DNA from: Camelus dromedarius
Lineage: Eukaryota
Length of the DNA: 64,000 nt
Assembly: GCF_036321535.1 (NCBI RefSeq)
Contig: NC_087437.1
Coordinates: 15,192,001-15,256,000, forward strand
Reading direction: 5' to 3'
A model generated the notes under the pieces. The model did not search any database, was not told where the DNA came from, and saw only the letters and a list, made by a program, of their open reading frames with translations. Position numbers and translations under genes: made by a program. Below, one piece after another: positions 38,148 to 50,698 of the stretch (position 1 is its first letter; every line of letters begins with the position of its first letter).

Positions 38148-38230
38148 CACACACAAAACCATCATGTACACCTTAAATATATATAATTTTTGTCAACTAC
38201 ACTTCAAAAAAGCTGAAAAAAGATTTCAAA
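37193..38230 (+). mobile_element. 5'-truncated L1 (ORF2 C-terminus + 3' UTR) with (TG)n
   Basis: gggactacaccaaactaagaagcttttgcacagcaaaggaa...atgaaaagatgctcaacatcactaat...cactgttggtgggaatgtaaattggtgcagcc...gtacaccttaaatatatataatttt. Confidence 0.92.
38120..38155. repeat. (TG)13 followed by (AC)n
   Basis: Directly visible. Confidence 0.95.
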
Positions 38231-38840
38231 AGTTAAATTAGATGTTTAAAAGGACCGTCTCTTGGAAGAGACGACACGTGCGGTAGTTTTGCAGGTGAGG
38301 GGCCACCTAGACTGCCGGGAAGTGGGGCAGGAAGGGGAGAGAGTACAAGTGGAGGCACAAAAGGGACGTGTGTAAGACAACTGGTTTAGTCTGGTGAGTA
38401 GAGAGCCAGGGAGGGGAGAAGGTGTGTGTGAGGGAGAGAGCAGGGGCCAGGTGGTGGAGGTATGGTGTGCTAAGATGGGAAGTCTGGCCACTGTGCAGGG
38501 GAATCAGATCTGCCCCGGGGACCTCCATCTCACCACGTCGCCCTCTCAAACCCATGGCTTCAGCGTAGGTCTTGTCATCTCCCAGACTAAGCCACCTCTA
38601 AACCCAGTGCTGATCCCACTCCCCCCACAAACCACTAAGTCCTATTCCAACCACTGACTCCCTTAGCCTACATCTACCCTGCAACCTCCTAGACCCTCAA
38701 CATCCTGCCCTGACTGCCCTGCCCAGCTGGAGCTCACAGCTGATCACTGGAACTCCATCTCATCAGTACCCTAAACCTTCTTGCACTGCTACCCTCACAC
38801 CTATCCAGACTCCATCAGCCCCACATTCAGTCTTCCCTTC

Positions 38841-39285
38841 TGTGGCGGACTCCTGGCTGGCTCCCCTAATCTGTTTTCTTCTTCTATAATACAGAGTTTT
38901 AGCTGGGGACATGGCTGCCAGCTAGACCCGTTTCCCAGACTTCTGTGCAGCCAGATGCCAAGTTCCCACCAACGGAATGTGAGCAGAAGTGATGTGTACA
39001 ACTCCTTTCTCCTTGACCTAAAAGGAAATTACTTGCTTTCCACTTCTGCTCTCACTGCTTCCAGGAGCTGGAACACTGATGTGGCAGAGGCCCAGCTGTG
39101 GCCACGCAACCCCACCAGCACAGCCTACAGAACGGTGGAACAGGACAGAAGGGACCGAGGACCCTGAGAGATTCTGGAAAAGGAGCCACTCTACCGGCCA
39201 GTGCCACCCTCTTCCCTTTGGACTATAATGTGAGAGAAATATTCATATGATTTAATCCACTCCTTGTTACAGCAGATTTTACTGC
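38841..39285 (+). mobile_element. MaLR (MLT1-type) LTR relic
   Basis: tgtggcgg start; ccaacggaatgtgagcagaagtgatgtgtacaact; gtgagagaaat...ttgttacagcag end. Confidence 0.6.
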
Positions 39286-39491
39286 AGTCAAATCTGTGGA
39301 GAAAAATGCCGTAACCGATGAGAACAGTCCCACCATGCATTCCTCGTCTCCGCCTCAGCTGAGTTCCACCTTCACTTGGTCCTGATCAGCTCACTTGCAA
39401 ATTTCCTCTCGAAAAAGCGCAAACTCTCATGTTTATCAGGACCCTGTCCAATGTCTAACTCTCAAACCACAATCCTGTCTCTTAGGGCACT

Positions 39492-39528
39492 ACAAATGTT
39501 GAGGCCACCACAAATGTTGAGGCCACCA
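39492..39528. repeat. Perfect 18-bp tandem duplication
   Basis: acaaatgttgaggccacc x2. Confidence 0.9.
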
Positions 39529-39589
39529 AGGAGGGTCTCCCACCATGTCCCACACACCCGAGCAAGCCTCTCCTCTTACCCCAATGGCA

Positions 39590-39800
39590 CTGGGGTCCTT
39601 GTCTCTGTGCTCTGATCGGACTCCCTGGAGTAAATTCACAGCTCCACTATGTACTACCTGTGCAACCCATCTCAGTCTTCCTTTCCTCATCTGCAAAATG
39701 GGGATGACAATACTGCTTAACAGGACCATGAGGGTTCATAAGATAACGCATGTAAAGCGACTAGCTCAATGCCTGGTATACAGTGAGCAATGGCCACTTG
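39590..39800 (+). mobile_element. MIR SINE relic
   Basis: tttcctcatctgcaaaatggggatgacaata...ataacgcatgtaaagcgactagctcaatgcctggtatacagtgagc. Confidence 0.8.
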
Positions 39801-41577
39801 CTACTAACACTACTAACACAAATGCGGCCACATCGCTACCTGACGGAGGCCCTCACTGAATCTCCAGCACCTACCAAAGTCTAAACCTCTCAGTATGCTG
39901 GGCCCTTCACAACACATTTACCATTTACCCCCAGAATTTTCTCTCATGCCACTCTCTGCCTTAAACACTATGTTCCAATAATACCAAACTGCCCACAGAT
40001 CTAAAAAGAGTAAAATACACATTCACTAACTTGACAAATGTATATTAAAATGCCTAATTTTGGAGTATTAGTGATTACTCCAATAAATTAATTCCTCTTC
40101 CTGGAAAAAAACACCCACCTCTCTAAAAGGCACCAACATGAGAAAGAGCCTATTTTGTATCTTGTGTCTGGGAAGTGATACGGAATTTAGTTTCCTAAAA
40201 TAAAAGTTAGGTTACCCTTCTTTCTGCTCTAAAATATGACGCTATGCTAAGGAAGTTATGGGGGGGGGGAAGCAATCTTTATATCTACTTTTAAATCTTA
40301 TTCTATTATTTAAGTGCACTGGAAATATTGTATCCCATGGAAGGGGAAGGAGGCTCCTTTAAGAGGGACATATGATACATAAGCCAGTCGGTGAGGCTGG
40401 CAACAAAGGGACGCGAAAGAGCCAGAAGACGTCCAAAGTGGCCAGCAAGGACGGTGGCGGCAGGGGAAGGCCCTGAGGGCAGAGCCAGCCCCAGGTTTCC
40501 ACAAAGCCCAGCAACCTGGCTGCAGCCTCCTGTCTCTTCCTCTTCCTGCCTTCCCAGAAGAGTCAGGATGGACTCTAGAGAGTACTTACCACGAGACAAG
40601 AGTCTGCTTGGCTGACCAAGAACGCCTGTTAGGTCAAATACAGCTGCCCTCCTCTCAGCTAGGTCATCTGTGGGTCTTCCTAGGGGGAAACAGAGAACAT
40701 AGGCCAGAGGGCTGCTGCCTAGAGACTCCAACACAGAACTTAAACACAGGTTTATCAAGACACTGCGCTTCCTGACAGAGAGATTACGGCCGTGTCAAGC
40801 CCATTCTGGCCTGAGCAGGGTACAAGTTAGAAGAACTTCATTCACAGTATGAACTCTGGTGCTTTTCTGGGGCTGTGACCAAGTCCTCCTCAAGACCACC
40901 AGGGTCTCCAGAACGTCCTGTTCTCTGGGTTGTACAGACAGCCTGGAAGGTGTTTTTTTAGATGTACATTAAGTAGTACTGTGACCAAACAGTTTCAATC
41001 CCAAAATTAACAAGCCTTATATGAATACAAATAGTCTTAATAAAGGCACAAAAAATATAACCCAATAAATTCATGTGATATTTCATTAAAGGAATAAATA
41101 AATGTTTAAGCTCTTTAAGTAAGAATTTTTATGGAGACAGCCAGCCAATCTCCAGCTTACTTCCAGAGGTCCTAGGTAGTCAGACCATGAAGCCAGAGGA
41201 AAGGCATCTGATGGCAGATACCAAGGGCAAACACTGAGAACATAAATACCCTTGCAAGGCCAGATCTATAAAGTGGTGGCAGAATTATGGACCAGCGGAA
41301 AATAGTAAGGCCAGAGGCCAAAGGAACAGCAATCCCGATGGAATAGTTAAGGATTTCCGGACATAGACTAAGAGGCTAACGTGTTAGGTAGTAACCCCTG
41401 CCAGGCCTTCTCCTCCAGGAACGGCAGCACTCACCCACCTAGCAGCAAGCTGACGGCACTCCCTGTATTTGCTAAGATGTCACAATCGCTGTGCTTCCTC
41501 TCATAACTGACAAAACTCTGGAGCATTAAATACACTATGAAAGGAGGCCAGATGCCACTCCCTTACCCCATTTCTGC

Positions 41578-42485
41578 ATGGGGCAGACATTGCTAGTTGC
41601 CCACCAATGGCCATCCCTACTTTCTTACCAATGGAAGCCCAATTTTATCCAAGGTAAGAATGTGCTCAACTAAAAAGTTTCCTCGAATGTGTATACACTG
41701 GTGAATGAACAGTATGTATCCATTACAGTGGAAAACTGGGCAATTAAAAGGAATAAAGTACTGATACATGCTACAACACAGATGAACCTCAACAATGTGA
41801 CGCTAGGGGAAAGAAGCTGAAGGCCACGCACTGTATGATTCCACTTGTATGAAAGTCCCAGGATAGGCAAATCTAGAGAAACAGAAAGTAGGCTTGTGGC
41901 TGCCTAGAGCAGGGCTGGCAATGGGATTAGGAATGGCTCCTAATGGGTACGAGGCTTCTTTTTGTGATGATAGTAAAAATGAATTCAGTTGTGGTGATGG
42001 CTGAACAACCCGATGAATTTGAAAATCACTGAGCTGTAAAGTTTGAACGGGTGATGTGTGAATAAAGCTGTTGAAAGAAATCCAACAAACCTCATCTCCC
42101 AAGATGCCTGACTGCAGAGGTACCCACGTGCTGTATTTTTGGCCAGTCAGATGCTGGTGGAAGTATACTGTGGAAAAGTTGTTTCCTCATTAAAAAAACA
42201 AACAAAAAGCCAGCAGACTCATGCCTTTTGCCTTTCATCCTTCTCTCATCTTCCTACCTTGTAAAAATCTAGGCCTTGGTGGGGTCTCAGAACAAAAGCA
42301 TGTTAGAGACGAGAGAGCAGCAAAAATGGAGGTCATGGGTAACGGATGGTGTCCTGGGATCACTGCACCAGCCCTGATTTGTCTCTCTCTGGATTTGTTA
42401 TGGGAGAAAAATAAAACTGTGTCTCGTTAAGTGATTATAGCTGTATTTCTGTAACTTGCAGCCAAATGCAATCCCTAATGGCACA
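41578..42485 (+). mobile_element. MLT1-type LTR interrupted by an L1 3' UTR fragment (~41690-42078)
   Basis: LTR ends tggggcagaca... and tctgtaacttgcagccaaatgcaatccctaatggcaca. Inner L1 actgatacatgctacaacacagatgaacctc...aataaagctgtt. Confidence 0.65.
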
Positions 42486-44289
42486 CGCCTATCTAATATC
42501 AGCCTGTGCTCATTCTTGGAGCCAAGAAGGCAAACGGAAAAAGACTCAGAAAGATGCAAAAAAGTTGATTACAAACGTAGTATAAGACACCACGGAGTCA
42601 GCCTTAATTTCTTTTTTAAAGGGTAAGTAATTACTTTATTGTCAAACTATGTATGTTTTCCCCAATTTTTGTATATTCCCAAGGGAGCTCTTACACCTCT
42701 CTAAAAACAAATCACTAAAAAATGCTTTAGTTTAAAATACTGACATATCAATTATGAGCAAATGGCATGATATTATTTGCTCAAAGAGGAATAATTTCAA
42801 GTATCATCAATTCCTATTTCTTTTTTTTTTTTTAATGAGTTTTTAACAATTGTTCCTTTAGGGTTAAGCCCTCTAGGCCTGATTAACCTTAACCCTGACA
42901 AAGGCCCACTTCCAGTCTATTCATACAGAAAATGTACGTACTTTTATGCAGGATGTTCATGTATCCCAGAGAATGAAGTTCAGTAATATTCTGAAATATT
43001 AAGGACAAAAATAAATGTGGAAACAGAAATTTTAACTTGACAAGCAACTGTTTACATTTTTCTTTTCTAGCCCCATAAATTATATCACTTCCTTTAACTG
43101 TATGGTACGGGGGTGAAGGGCATGGGGGACCTGGAAAAGTCTGCCACACAAGTCAATGAACATGGGGTAATTATTTTCATGGATAACTCTGAAGTTGACC
43201 TTACAGAAATATGAAACAGAATTTGCAATTGGGCTAATTGTTCCTACGATCAAAGAGTTAAAATGGTGGCTGGGAAGGTGTGGATGGGGGGTGCTTAAGC
43301 CAGTGGGATGGGGTGGAATATGGTCTTATCTACCAATCTGTCTTTTTATTTCATGCTTATTGGTAACACATTGCATAAAACTTCAACTCTTCAAATTTGA
43401 ACATAAATATCTCAGTATTTTAAATAGGAGATAATGCTTTATGGAGTTGGCATTTTTTAAAAAGCCTAATTGCTCTCATGTGCAAATTTATGTATTTTTA
43501 CTTACCAATTCATTAAATATTCAACCCTATCATGTGTCAGCACTAATTCAGCAAATAAGATTTAGATCTGAGCGAAACACAAGTTCCTATCCTCAAGGGA
43601 TGCACACAGCCAAGTGGTAAAAATAAGCCACCATCTCAGCAGTTGTGAAGAGTGCAAACCCAGGGAACGAGGCTGAAAAGCAACTATGGAGACTGGAGGA
43701 GCAGAGTGAGGTGCTGGGGGAGCCTCCTGGGCAACTCAGTTTTAGGAAGTATTACAGAGGCTGGGTAGGTGGGGTAAGGACCAAGGAAACTGCAGGGCAA
43801 TGGGGCAAAAGATGATGATGAGCGAGGCCGTGGCGGGTCTGAAGTCCTCAGGAAGTGAACTCAACAGAGGCAGGTTTTCATATAATGGGAATGTGTAAAG
43901 TTCCATGCATCACCTCCCTTTACCCTCGCATTTTCTTCCAATATAAAAGAAATAACGTTTACCACAACAAGAGAGACTGCGGAGCAGCTTCCATGCTTGT
44001 AGACCAAATGACAAGAACTAAGATTGTTCCACACCCAAAGGGGATTTTTCTCCCTCTGCTCAATCATTCCTATCACCAGTGAAACACTTCCTGGTACCGT
44101 ATTTCCACCAGGAAAACACACATGCCCTGTGCCGCCTGTTCCCCCTCCCCCAATACTTCTTTCCCCTCCCCGAGTTACTGCTCCGTTTCCCTTCACAGCA
44201 AAACGTTCAACAGCCCTGACTGCAGCAGGGTCTCCACTTCCCCACCCAGTATCTGCACTGCAACGTGCTCCAGTCCCTGCGGCTTCTTA

Positions 44290-45530
44290 ATTAGCCAAGT
44301 CCCACACAGGATTCTTCCTCCACTTTGAAATACTTTCTTCCCTGGGCTTCCATGACACCTCATTTTCCTTTTTTGTTGTTGCTTTTTCCAAACACTGTGT
44401 CTTCTTCTCAGTCTTCTGCTGTTGTTGTTATTTCTTCTTCCTTCACTAGACCATTAAAAGCTGGAGTGCTCAGGACTCAAGCCCAGGACCTCTTTTCCAT
44501 CTATACTCTCTCCTGAAGCAAGTTCACCCAATACTGTGGCTTTAAATATGGTTTATATGTTATACTCCAACACTCACATGTTCAATGAGACCACTTCCCT
44601 AAGCTGCAGATTCTCATCTATCTACTCAAAATCCCCACTTAGAGGCTGACCAATTGGCGTCTCAAACATGGCTTACAACAAATTACTGATTTCCGCTGCC
44701 AAAGCAAACTTCTGTTCCTCCTAGAGATTTTCCATCTCTGTATACAGTGTGGCTACACAGCCAGATGTTCAAGCTCCAAATCAACTAGTCACTCCTGATC
44801 ACTCTCTTTCCTTCTCCACCCACCCCCAACCCCACATCCAATGGATCCAGGTCCAATCTGCCCCTTCCAATCTCTTGTACTACCTGAATTGGTCCAAAAC
44901 CACTATTTTTCCTTCCTTAAACTATGCAATAGTTTCTTATAGTCTCATTACTTCCACTCTCGCCTCCCTACAATCTGATCTCTTTAAAATGACAAATTAG
45001 ATCATGTTACCCCCTTATTTAAAAAATCCAAATCCTCGAATGAAATTCCATTGTGTCTAGAATAAATGTAAATGTGCCCCATGGCCTACAATGCCCCCGT
45101 CTGTTTCTGTGTCTCTCAGACTCTTCTCTGACTACATTCCAGCCACAATGGCTTCTGTTCCCTTGTTCCAGCAGCAGCGGCTGGAGGATGGACAGGAAGG
45201 GAGGCCAGCTTGTTCCTGCTTTACAGCTTCTGCAATCATGTCTCTCTTGCCTGGATCTTCTCTTAGCTGGCTTTGTGTCATTCAGATCTCAGCTCAAATG
45301 CCACCTGCTCAAAGAAGCCTGACTAAATATTACATCCAAAGTTATTTTCTGTGATACCATCTATATTTGTTTAAAATAGCACTTACCAAAATCTTACTTA
45401 CATTCTTTATCTGCCTCTTTTAACTAGAATGTAAGGCCTAGAAAGGGAGGAACATCATCTGTCTTGTTCCCTCGTATCTTGAGAGGCAGACATACAGTAG
45501 ACAATCAATAAATATATACTGAAAGAATAA
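44290..45530 (+). mobile_element. L2 3' region
   Basis: cagatctcagctcaaatgccacct; actagaatgtaag...catctgtcttgttc...cagtagacaatcaataaatatatactgaaagaa L2 terminus. Confidence 0.8.
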
Positions 45531-46735
45531 CCCAATCCTCCATGCTTCTATAAATACAATTTTCCTACAGTGGGGGTGTTACAGGAAAGGACAAACTATA
45601 ATACAGTTCCTGGTTACTAGAGCCAACTTATAACACATCAGTGCTTTGTCAATTTGCTTCTTTCCTATAAAAATTACATCTTCTACAAAATCTGTCCAGT
45701 GATATTCACAAACCACTGGAATAAGACCTGCCATGGAAATCTTATAACCATGGAAATCATGCTCTTTTCATCGAAGTCAATGACCCCAAGTAGTTCAACG
45801 AGAAAAATCTGTGGAGTCTTAAACCATAAAATAAAATGCCTTACTAACAAAGAGATATGGTTGAAGGCACCACACATCCAGGCAAACTGAGAGCACCTCT
45901 CACTACCTGCTAATTTGGGACAAAAGTCGATGACAGTGCTGTTTTCTCTGAACTGATCTTGTGTACAGAACTATTATTTCTAAACAATGCACAAACCTAC
46001 ACACCATTAAAAAATGCAATGAACGTTGGAAGGGATGCTAGAGTTGAACCGCTCACTCCATGTGCCTAGTACATAATAGATGCTAAATCAATACTTGTTG
46101 ATTAAATGCCTTCGAAGATTGCAGGTTGTGAACAAAAACATCTAACTTACAGATAGTTCAAAGAACTTTAAAAAAAGCTGGCCCTTCACAGAGCTGAGTA
46201 TTTCATAAAACCAAAGAACCAGTGTTAACAAACGGCACACAAAAAAATCATGCTCTTGGTCTGCTTGGGGCAGAGCACATACTGTGTGGGCTATTTTCCC
46301 AGATGGGCTGCTGATTCATAAAGCTCTTTTAAGAACAGCAAGAGCCTTCTACTGCTGTGTATTCTGTCCTACGTCCCTGTGAGGATGGGAGCAGAGGCAA
46401 GCACCATCAGGCCTAGCTATTTAAGAGGCCCACTCAACTCTGCCTTAGGTCAACTAGAACAAGCATAGATACATACATTCCCTGAATTTAACGGCTCTGG
46501 AGAAAGTTTCAGTGTTGTAATACTTTCTGGTAATAATAATCTCAACTTTTTATTAGAACCTGGAGACTGAGCAGAGTCAGCTATATTATTCGTGTTAGGG
46601 ATTGGGAGCCTGAGCGAGACACCCATGAAATGGAACAGGGACATCTAGCTGTTGCATGTTCAAAGACTTACCAGACACAACCAATCATTCATTATGAACA
46701 ATATTTTCAATACTGTCATAATATAAAACAAATTC

Positions 46736-46741
46736 TTTAAT
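46736..46741 (-). terminator. RYK distal polyadenylation signal (ATTAAA)
   Basis: Plus-strand tttaat. A TATAAA variant lies 30 nt upstream (46766-46771), with UGUA upstream and a GU-rich element downstream. Confidence 0.7.
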
Positions 46742-47436
46742 TTTCAAGTGTTTAAAAAAAACAAATTTATACTTAAGCCAGCCTTGAAGATAAGCACGAA
46801 ATGTACCAGTTTACATTTTTTCCCCACAACAACTCAAGCACCCATTCTGTGCATAGCACTGTTCTAGGTGCAATAAATGGGATTCTTAACCTTAGAAACG
46901 TGATTTCAGTTTCTGCAATTGTGTTATCTCCTTTTCCAGAGAGTAAAAATAAATAAAATCACCACTGTTTACTACTGATCTGCCTCAAATCCACTTCTGG
47001 CTCACAGAACCGCTAATTTCTGCCAAATTTAAGATGTTTCAGTGAACTCAGTTCCTACTTCTCCCAAAATAAAAAAGCAGAACTCCTTTTCATTAAAAAA
47101 AATAAAAAAGAAACAATTTCCCATAAAAGGGCAGTTTCTGTTTCTAATAAGTATTTTTTCCTCTAGATTTTCTTTAAGTTTTCTTCCTCTAATATTGCCT
47201 TTTCCTGTACAAGACAAACCAACCTCTTTTTCTGTTTTTCTTTTCCTAAGAAAAAGCTGCATCTTGAAGACAAACCATTCCCAAGACTAGTGATAAATAT
47301 TAAAAAAAAAAAAAAAACCACAACAAAACTTTAAAGGTGAATCACCTACATTACCTTGATGAAGTCAAAAAATAAAAAGCAGTTGGCACTAAGATAGCTA
47401 TTCCAGATATCTGTATTTAAACAATTTTAAAAACTG

Positions 47437-47446
47437 TTTATTTATT
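47437..47446 (-). terminator. Candidate proximal RYK polyadenylation signal (overlapping AATAAATAAA)
   Basis: Plus-strand tttatttatt gives two overlapping AATAAA hexamers ~295 nt after the stop codon; UGUA at 47511-47514. Confidence 0.45.
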
Positions 47447-47738
47447 TTGTAAGAATGTACCCCTAGTCCAAAGTTAAGTATGCTTAAAAAACATTTTTGG
47501 CCAAAAAATTTACAAAACCCTTTTCAGTTCAACCTAATAAAAGTGATACCTAGAAAATATTCCACATTATTAAGTCTGTATTAAAAAGTTCAGATTCTAA
47601 AGCATTCCTAAGGCACGGTGTTCTGGAAGACAAATGTGCTTCTGCTGGCGCTGTGTGATGTACGAAGCATCCGTGACTGGCTCCAAGTGAGCCCCGACAG
47701 GCACCTTTCTCCTGATGCTGTGGGACTGCGAGAGACAG

Positions 47739-47850
47739 TCAGACATAGGCCCCCAGGGCCGCGTGGAACTCTGTGAGACACTGCACCAGCTGCTGGAACT
47801 TGGGCCTCTCCTCCGGATCTAAGGCCCAGCAACAAGCCATCACAGCAAAT
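47739..47850 (-). CDS. RYK: RYK terminal coding exon
   Basis: Minus strand ...ttttgtcactgcag|A TTT GCT GTG ATG... The first A completes the phase-2 codon CT+A (Leu), then FAVMACCWALDPEERPKFQQLVQCLTEFHAALGAYV-TGA (stop 47739-47741). Phase agrees with the preceding exon, and -AYV is the known RYK C-terminal PDZ-binding motif. Confidence 0.97.
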
Positions 47851-48994
47851 CTGCAGTGACAAAAACGGAACATTTGGCTAGTACTGATACAGCACTTCTT
47901 ACTTTTGATCAATTTGACACTAGTTATGTTTTCTGTCTAAATGTGGGTGTGGAGAGGATGACATACTAAGTATTACCATCTACTGGCAGCTCTAAAATGA
48001 AAAGAAGCTTAAAATGAGTTATCTGGATTTTATGTGTAAACTTCAATTCTTCATGAGAACATGTCAAAATATATCAGCAAATAGAGATTTTATGTAACTA
48101 CCTAAAACACAGTCAAAATAATAACCTGTGTTATCCTGCACAGTTGACACGGGGGTCAGGGTGCCCAAGATCTGCCTATAACTTACAGTCAGCCCTCTGT
48201 ACCCCCAGTTCCTACACATCTGCAGTTTCAACCAGCTGTGGGCTGTGTTAGTACTATAGTATTTACCACTGGAAGAAATCAACATATAAGTGGACCCACA
48301 CAGTTCAAACTCTCATTGTTCAAGGGTCAAAGTATTTAAGTTCTGAGAGAAAGAATTTGGAGGAAGAGGAAGTTTAAGCTGTAAGAACCTTGGATCTACA
48401 GTGAAATCAGTGTAAAAGCTGCCACCTCACTATGGTATAAAAAATTTCAGGGGATTCTGGAACTGAGGCCACATTCATCTGTGCACTCAATCACCCTTAA
48501 ACAGCCTCCTACCCACTCCAATACCATTATATGGGAAGACCAGCTATGTGATAGAAGCAGGGAACAGAACTACCTCACTCACCAGCCAGAACATCTTCCT
48601 TAAACGTCTATCAACTGACAACAGCTGGCAAGGTAAGATGGCAACAAGAAAGGCTCTTTGTAACTAAGGATGTTCTGAAGGCTGTTTAAGTAAAAGTCAA
48701 GTCCTCACTCTAAAAAGAATAACCGACAGAGCATTCAGTGTTTCCTCACCGTGTACGTTAGTTTCTTGGATTAGATTAATCCCTATAAATACGAGACGCA
48801 AAAAGTCCTAGTGTCAAGTGCGTTAAGGGCGAATGAGTCTGGACGCCTTTGCGGTTCTCTACTAGGGTCTAACTCAAGTCCAAAGAGGCATTATTCTCAA
48901 AAGGAAAGTCTCTGCATGAGTGTGGACATCCCTTCTTTTATCCCAACACTGCAAGTGGAATGAAACCCATGTCTTCAAGCTCAGAAAAACTTAC
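47851..48994 (-). other. RYK: RYK last intron (1144 nt, GT-AG, phase 2)
   Basis: Bounded by the donor and acceptor of the two identified exons. Confidence 0.93.
48141..48332. mobile_element. Tigger2-derived MITE (Tigger2a-like) in the RYK last intron
   Basis: Left end cagttgac (partly deleted). Right end ttgttcaagggtcaa..ta matches the Tigger2 TIR. Internal tataagtggacccacacagttcaaac. Confidence 0.75.
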
Positions 48995-49131
48995 AGTTCA
49001 TCAGGACAGTTTATCGGCTGGGCTATTCGGTAACCATCTTTCAGGTACGCGGCCATCTCAAATGGGTCGATGTCCACGTAGGGCGTTTGGCCTAGAGTCA
49101 TGAGCTCCCACAGTGTCACTCCAAAGGCCCA
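48995..49131 (-). CDS. RYK: RYK receptor-like tyrosine (pseudo)kinase, penultimate coding exon (kinase subdomains IX-XI)
   Basis: Minus strand reads ...tcttctcag|TGG GCC TTT GGA... = WAFGVTLWELMTLGQTPYVDIDPFEMAAYLKDGYRIAQPINCPDE + CT|gtaagt. Exon is 137 nt with a canonical AG acceptor (49132-49133) and GTAAGT donor (48989-48994). The peptide matches the RYK C-lobe as I recall it. Confidence 0.97.
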
Positions 49132-49904
49132 CTGAGAAGAAGAGCAGTGTCACCATGAGGGGACAATTAAAACAGTCGTCATGCACCCAAAATAGCAGAT
49201 CAACCAACTCTTAAAGAAAGCAAAATATCATTTACAAAAAGAAGTCTACCATACCTAGTTAGTCTCTTGCTTGGACAGAAAAGAACATTTTAATGAATGC
49301 GTCCTTTAATGTAAATGTCTTTATTGTATGTTCTCAGGTAATTAGAGCCATTGGAAAGAATTGTTTTACTGCTGATTACAAGCCCCACTAACCAAAAGTG
49401 TTAATTACGTCTACAATTTTCATAATATGAAAATGTGTTGCTTTAAATAGTGTAGCTAGTCTGTATTTTGAGAAGTGAAAAATGAATATAACTTTAGCCT
49501 AGTTAAAGGGAAGAGCATCTTGAATAAGTGAAATATGCAAATTATGTAAAAGACAACATAGATTTTTACTATATTCAAATAATTTAAATTAACAGATGAG
49601 AGTGTCCTGAAAGAGTATCTTCCAACCTCGCTTGAGCAAAAGATCAGATTTATTAAAATCAACATGTAAAACTACTAGTAGGGGCAGAAATCATAAGCAG
49701 TGTCAACAGTGCTCCTTCATGGTCCAACCAGGGCTCCTCCTTTTGGCTGCGGCTTCTGGGGAGTGTGTGGACAGCAGGCAATGCGTCTACAAAGAGCTGC
49801 TGCCATGTGGCCAGGAAGGACTCAGACTGGAGACTTCCGCTGCTCTGCTGACAAGCGTGAACCCTGAGGTCAGAGGAGCTGAAGGTGGATAAGGAGGAAG
49901 ATAC

Positions 49905-50055
49905 CTGTGTACATGCTATCGTGTTTATGAATCCTTTTAAGTTCTAGACATCATACGGATGTCTCATTTAACTTTCACAAAAAAACCTACGAGAATCATT
50001 GGCAGCTCAATTTTACAGGTGAGGAAACTGAGGCTCAGAAAAGTAACTTGCCCAA
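49905..50055 (-). mobile_element. MIR SINE relic
   Basis: attttacaggtgaggaaactgaggctcagaaaagtaacttgcccaa. Confidence 0.85.
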
Positions 50056-50698
50056 AAAACCACTTTTTATTATAAAAGATGAAGGGGGGAAAAATAAAAA
50101 AAAATTTTAAGGGAAAAAAGAGGAAAAATACACAAGAACAAAGTCTGTTTATAAAATCTAAGCACAATGCATTAAATTTTAAGTTATTATTTTTAATAAT
50201 AACGAAATACAGAAATACTATCTAAAGTATACAGATTTTTAAAGCCTTATATCAGTGAACAACAGCTTTATTTATTATAATCTATGCAAATAAGAAAACA
50301 ATGGAATGAGTATCTTTTACAACATCTTTAAAACTATCAATGAAGAATTCTATACTAAGCTAAAATACACTTGAAAAATTAAGGCAAAATATAGTTTTTC
50401 AGAGAAACAAAAGCTGAGAGGATGTCACTGGGAATTTGGATCTGCACAAAGAATGAAGAGTGCTGAAAACATATGAATAACAACTACATATTTTTTCCTC
50501 ATTTTCTTAATAGATTATTTAAAGCAAAACCAGTAACAATGTATTGTGGGGTTTATAATATATATGGAAGTAAAATATATGCCCATAAACAGCATAAAGG
50601 AAGGGGGTGAATGGAAATACAGCACTGGAAGCTGCTTGTATGAAACACGAGGTGATATATTATTTAAAAGTAGAAGGTCTACATTGTAAACCCTAGAA

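Larger units (their letters stand above)
46720..47738 (-). other. RYK: RYK 3' UTR (~1 kb, AU-rich, no recognisable repeats)
   Basis: Follows the RYK stop codon. The end is inferred from ATTAAA at 46736-46741, with upstream UGUA (46812-46815) and a downstream GU-rich tract (minus strand tggttgtgtctgg, ~46671-46683). The cleavage site is approximate. Confidence 0.8.

Noticed and set aside
22054..39528. 18-bp direct repeats (22054/22075; 39492/39510) as CRISPR-like or recombination sites
   Set aside because: Only two copies each with 3- or 0-nt spacers in a mammalian context; ordinary slippage duplications.
47608..47862. 84-aa minus-strand ORF over the RYK last exon
   Set aside because: Wrong frame. 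The true frame is set by the phase-2 splice and ends at 47739.
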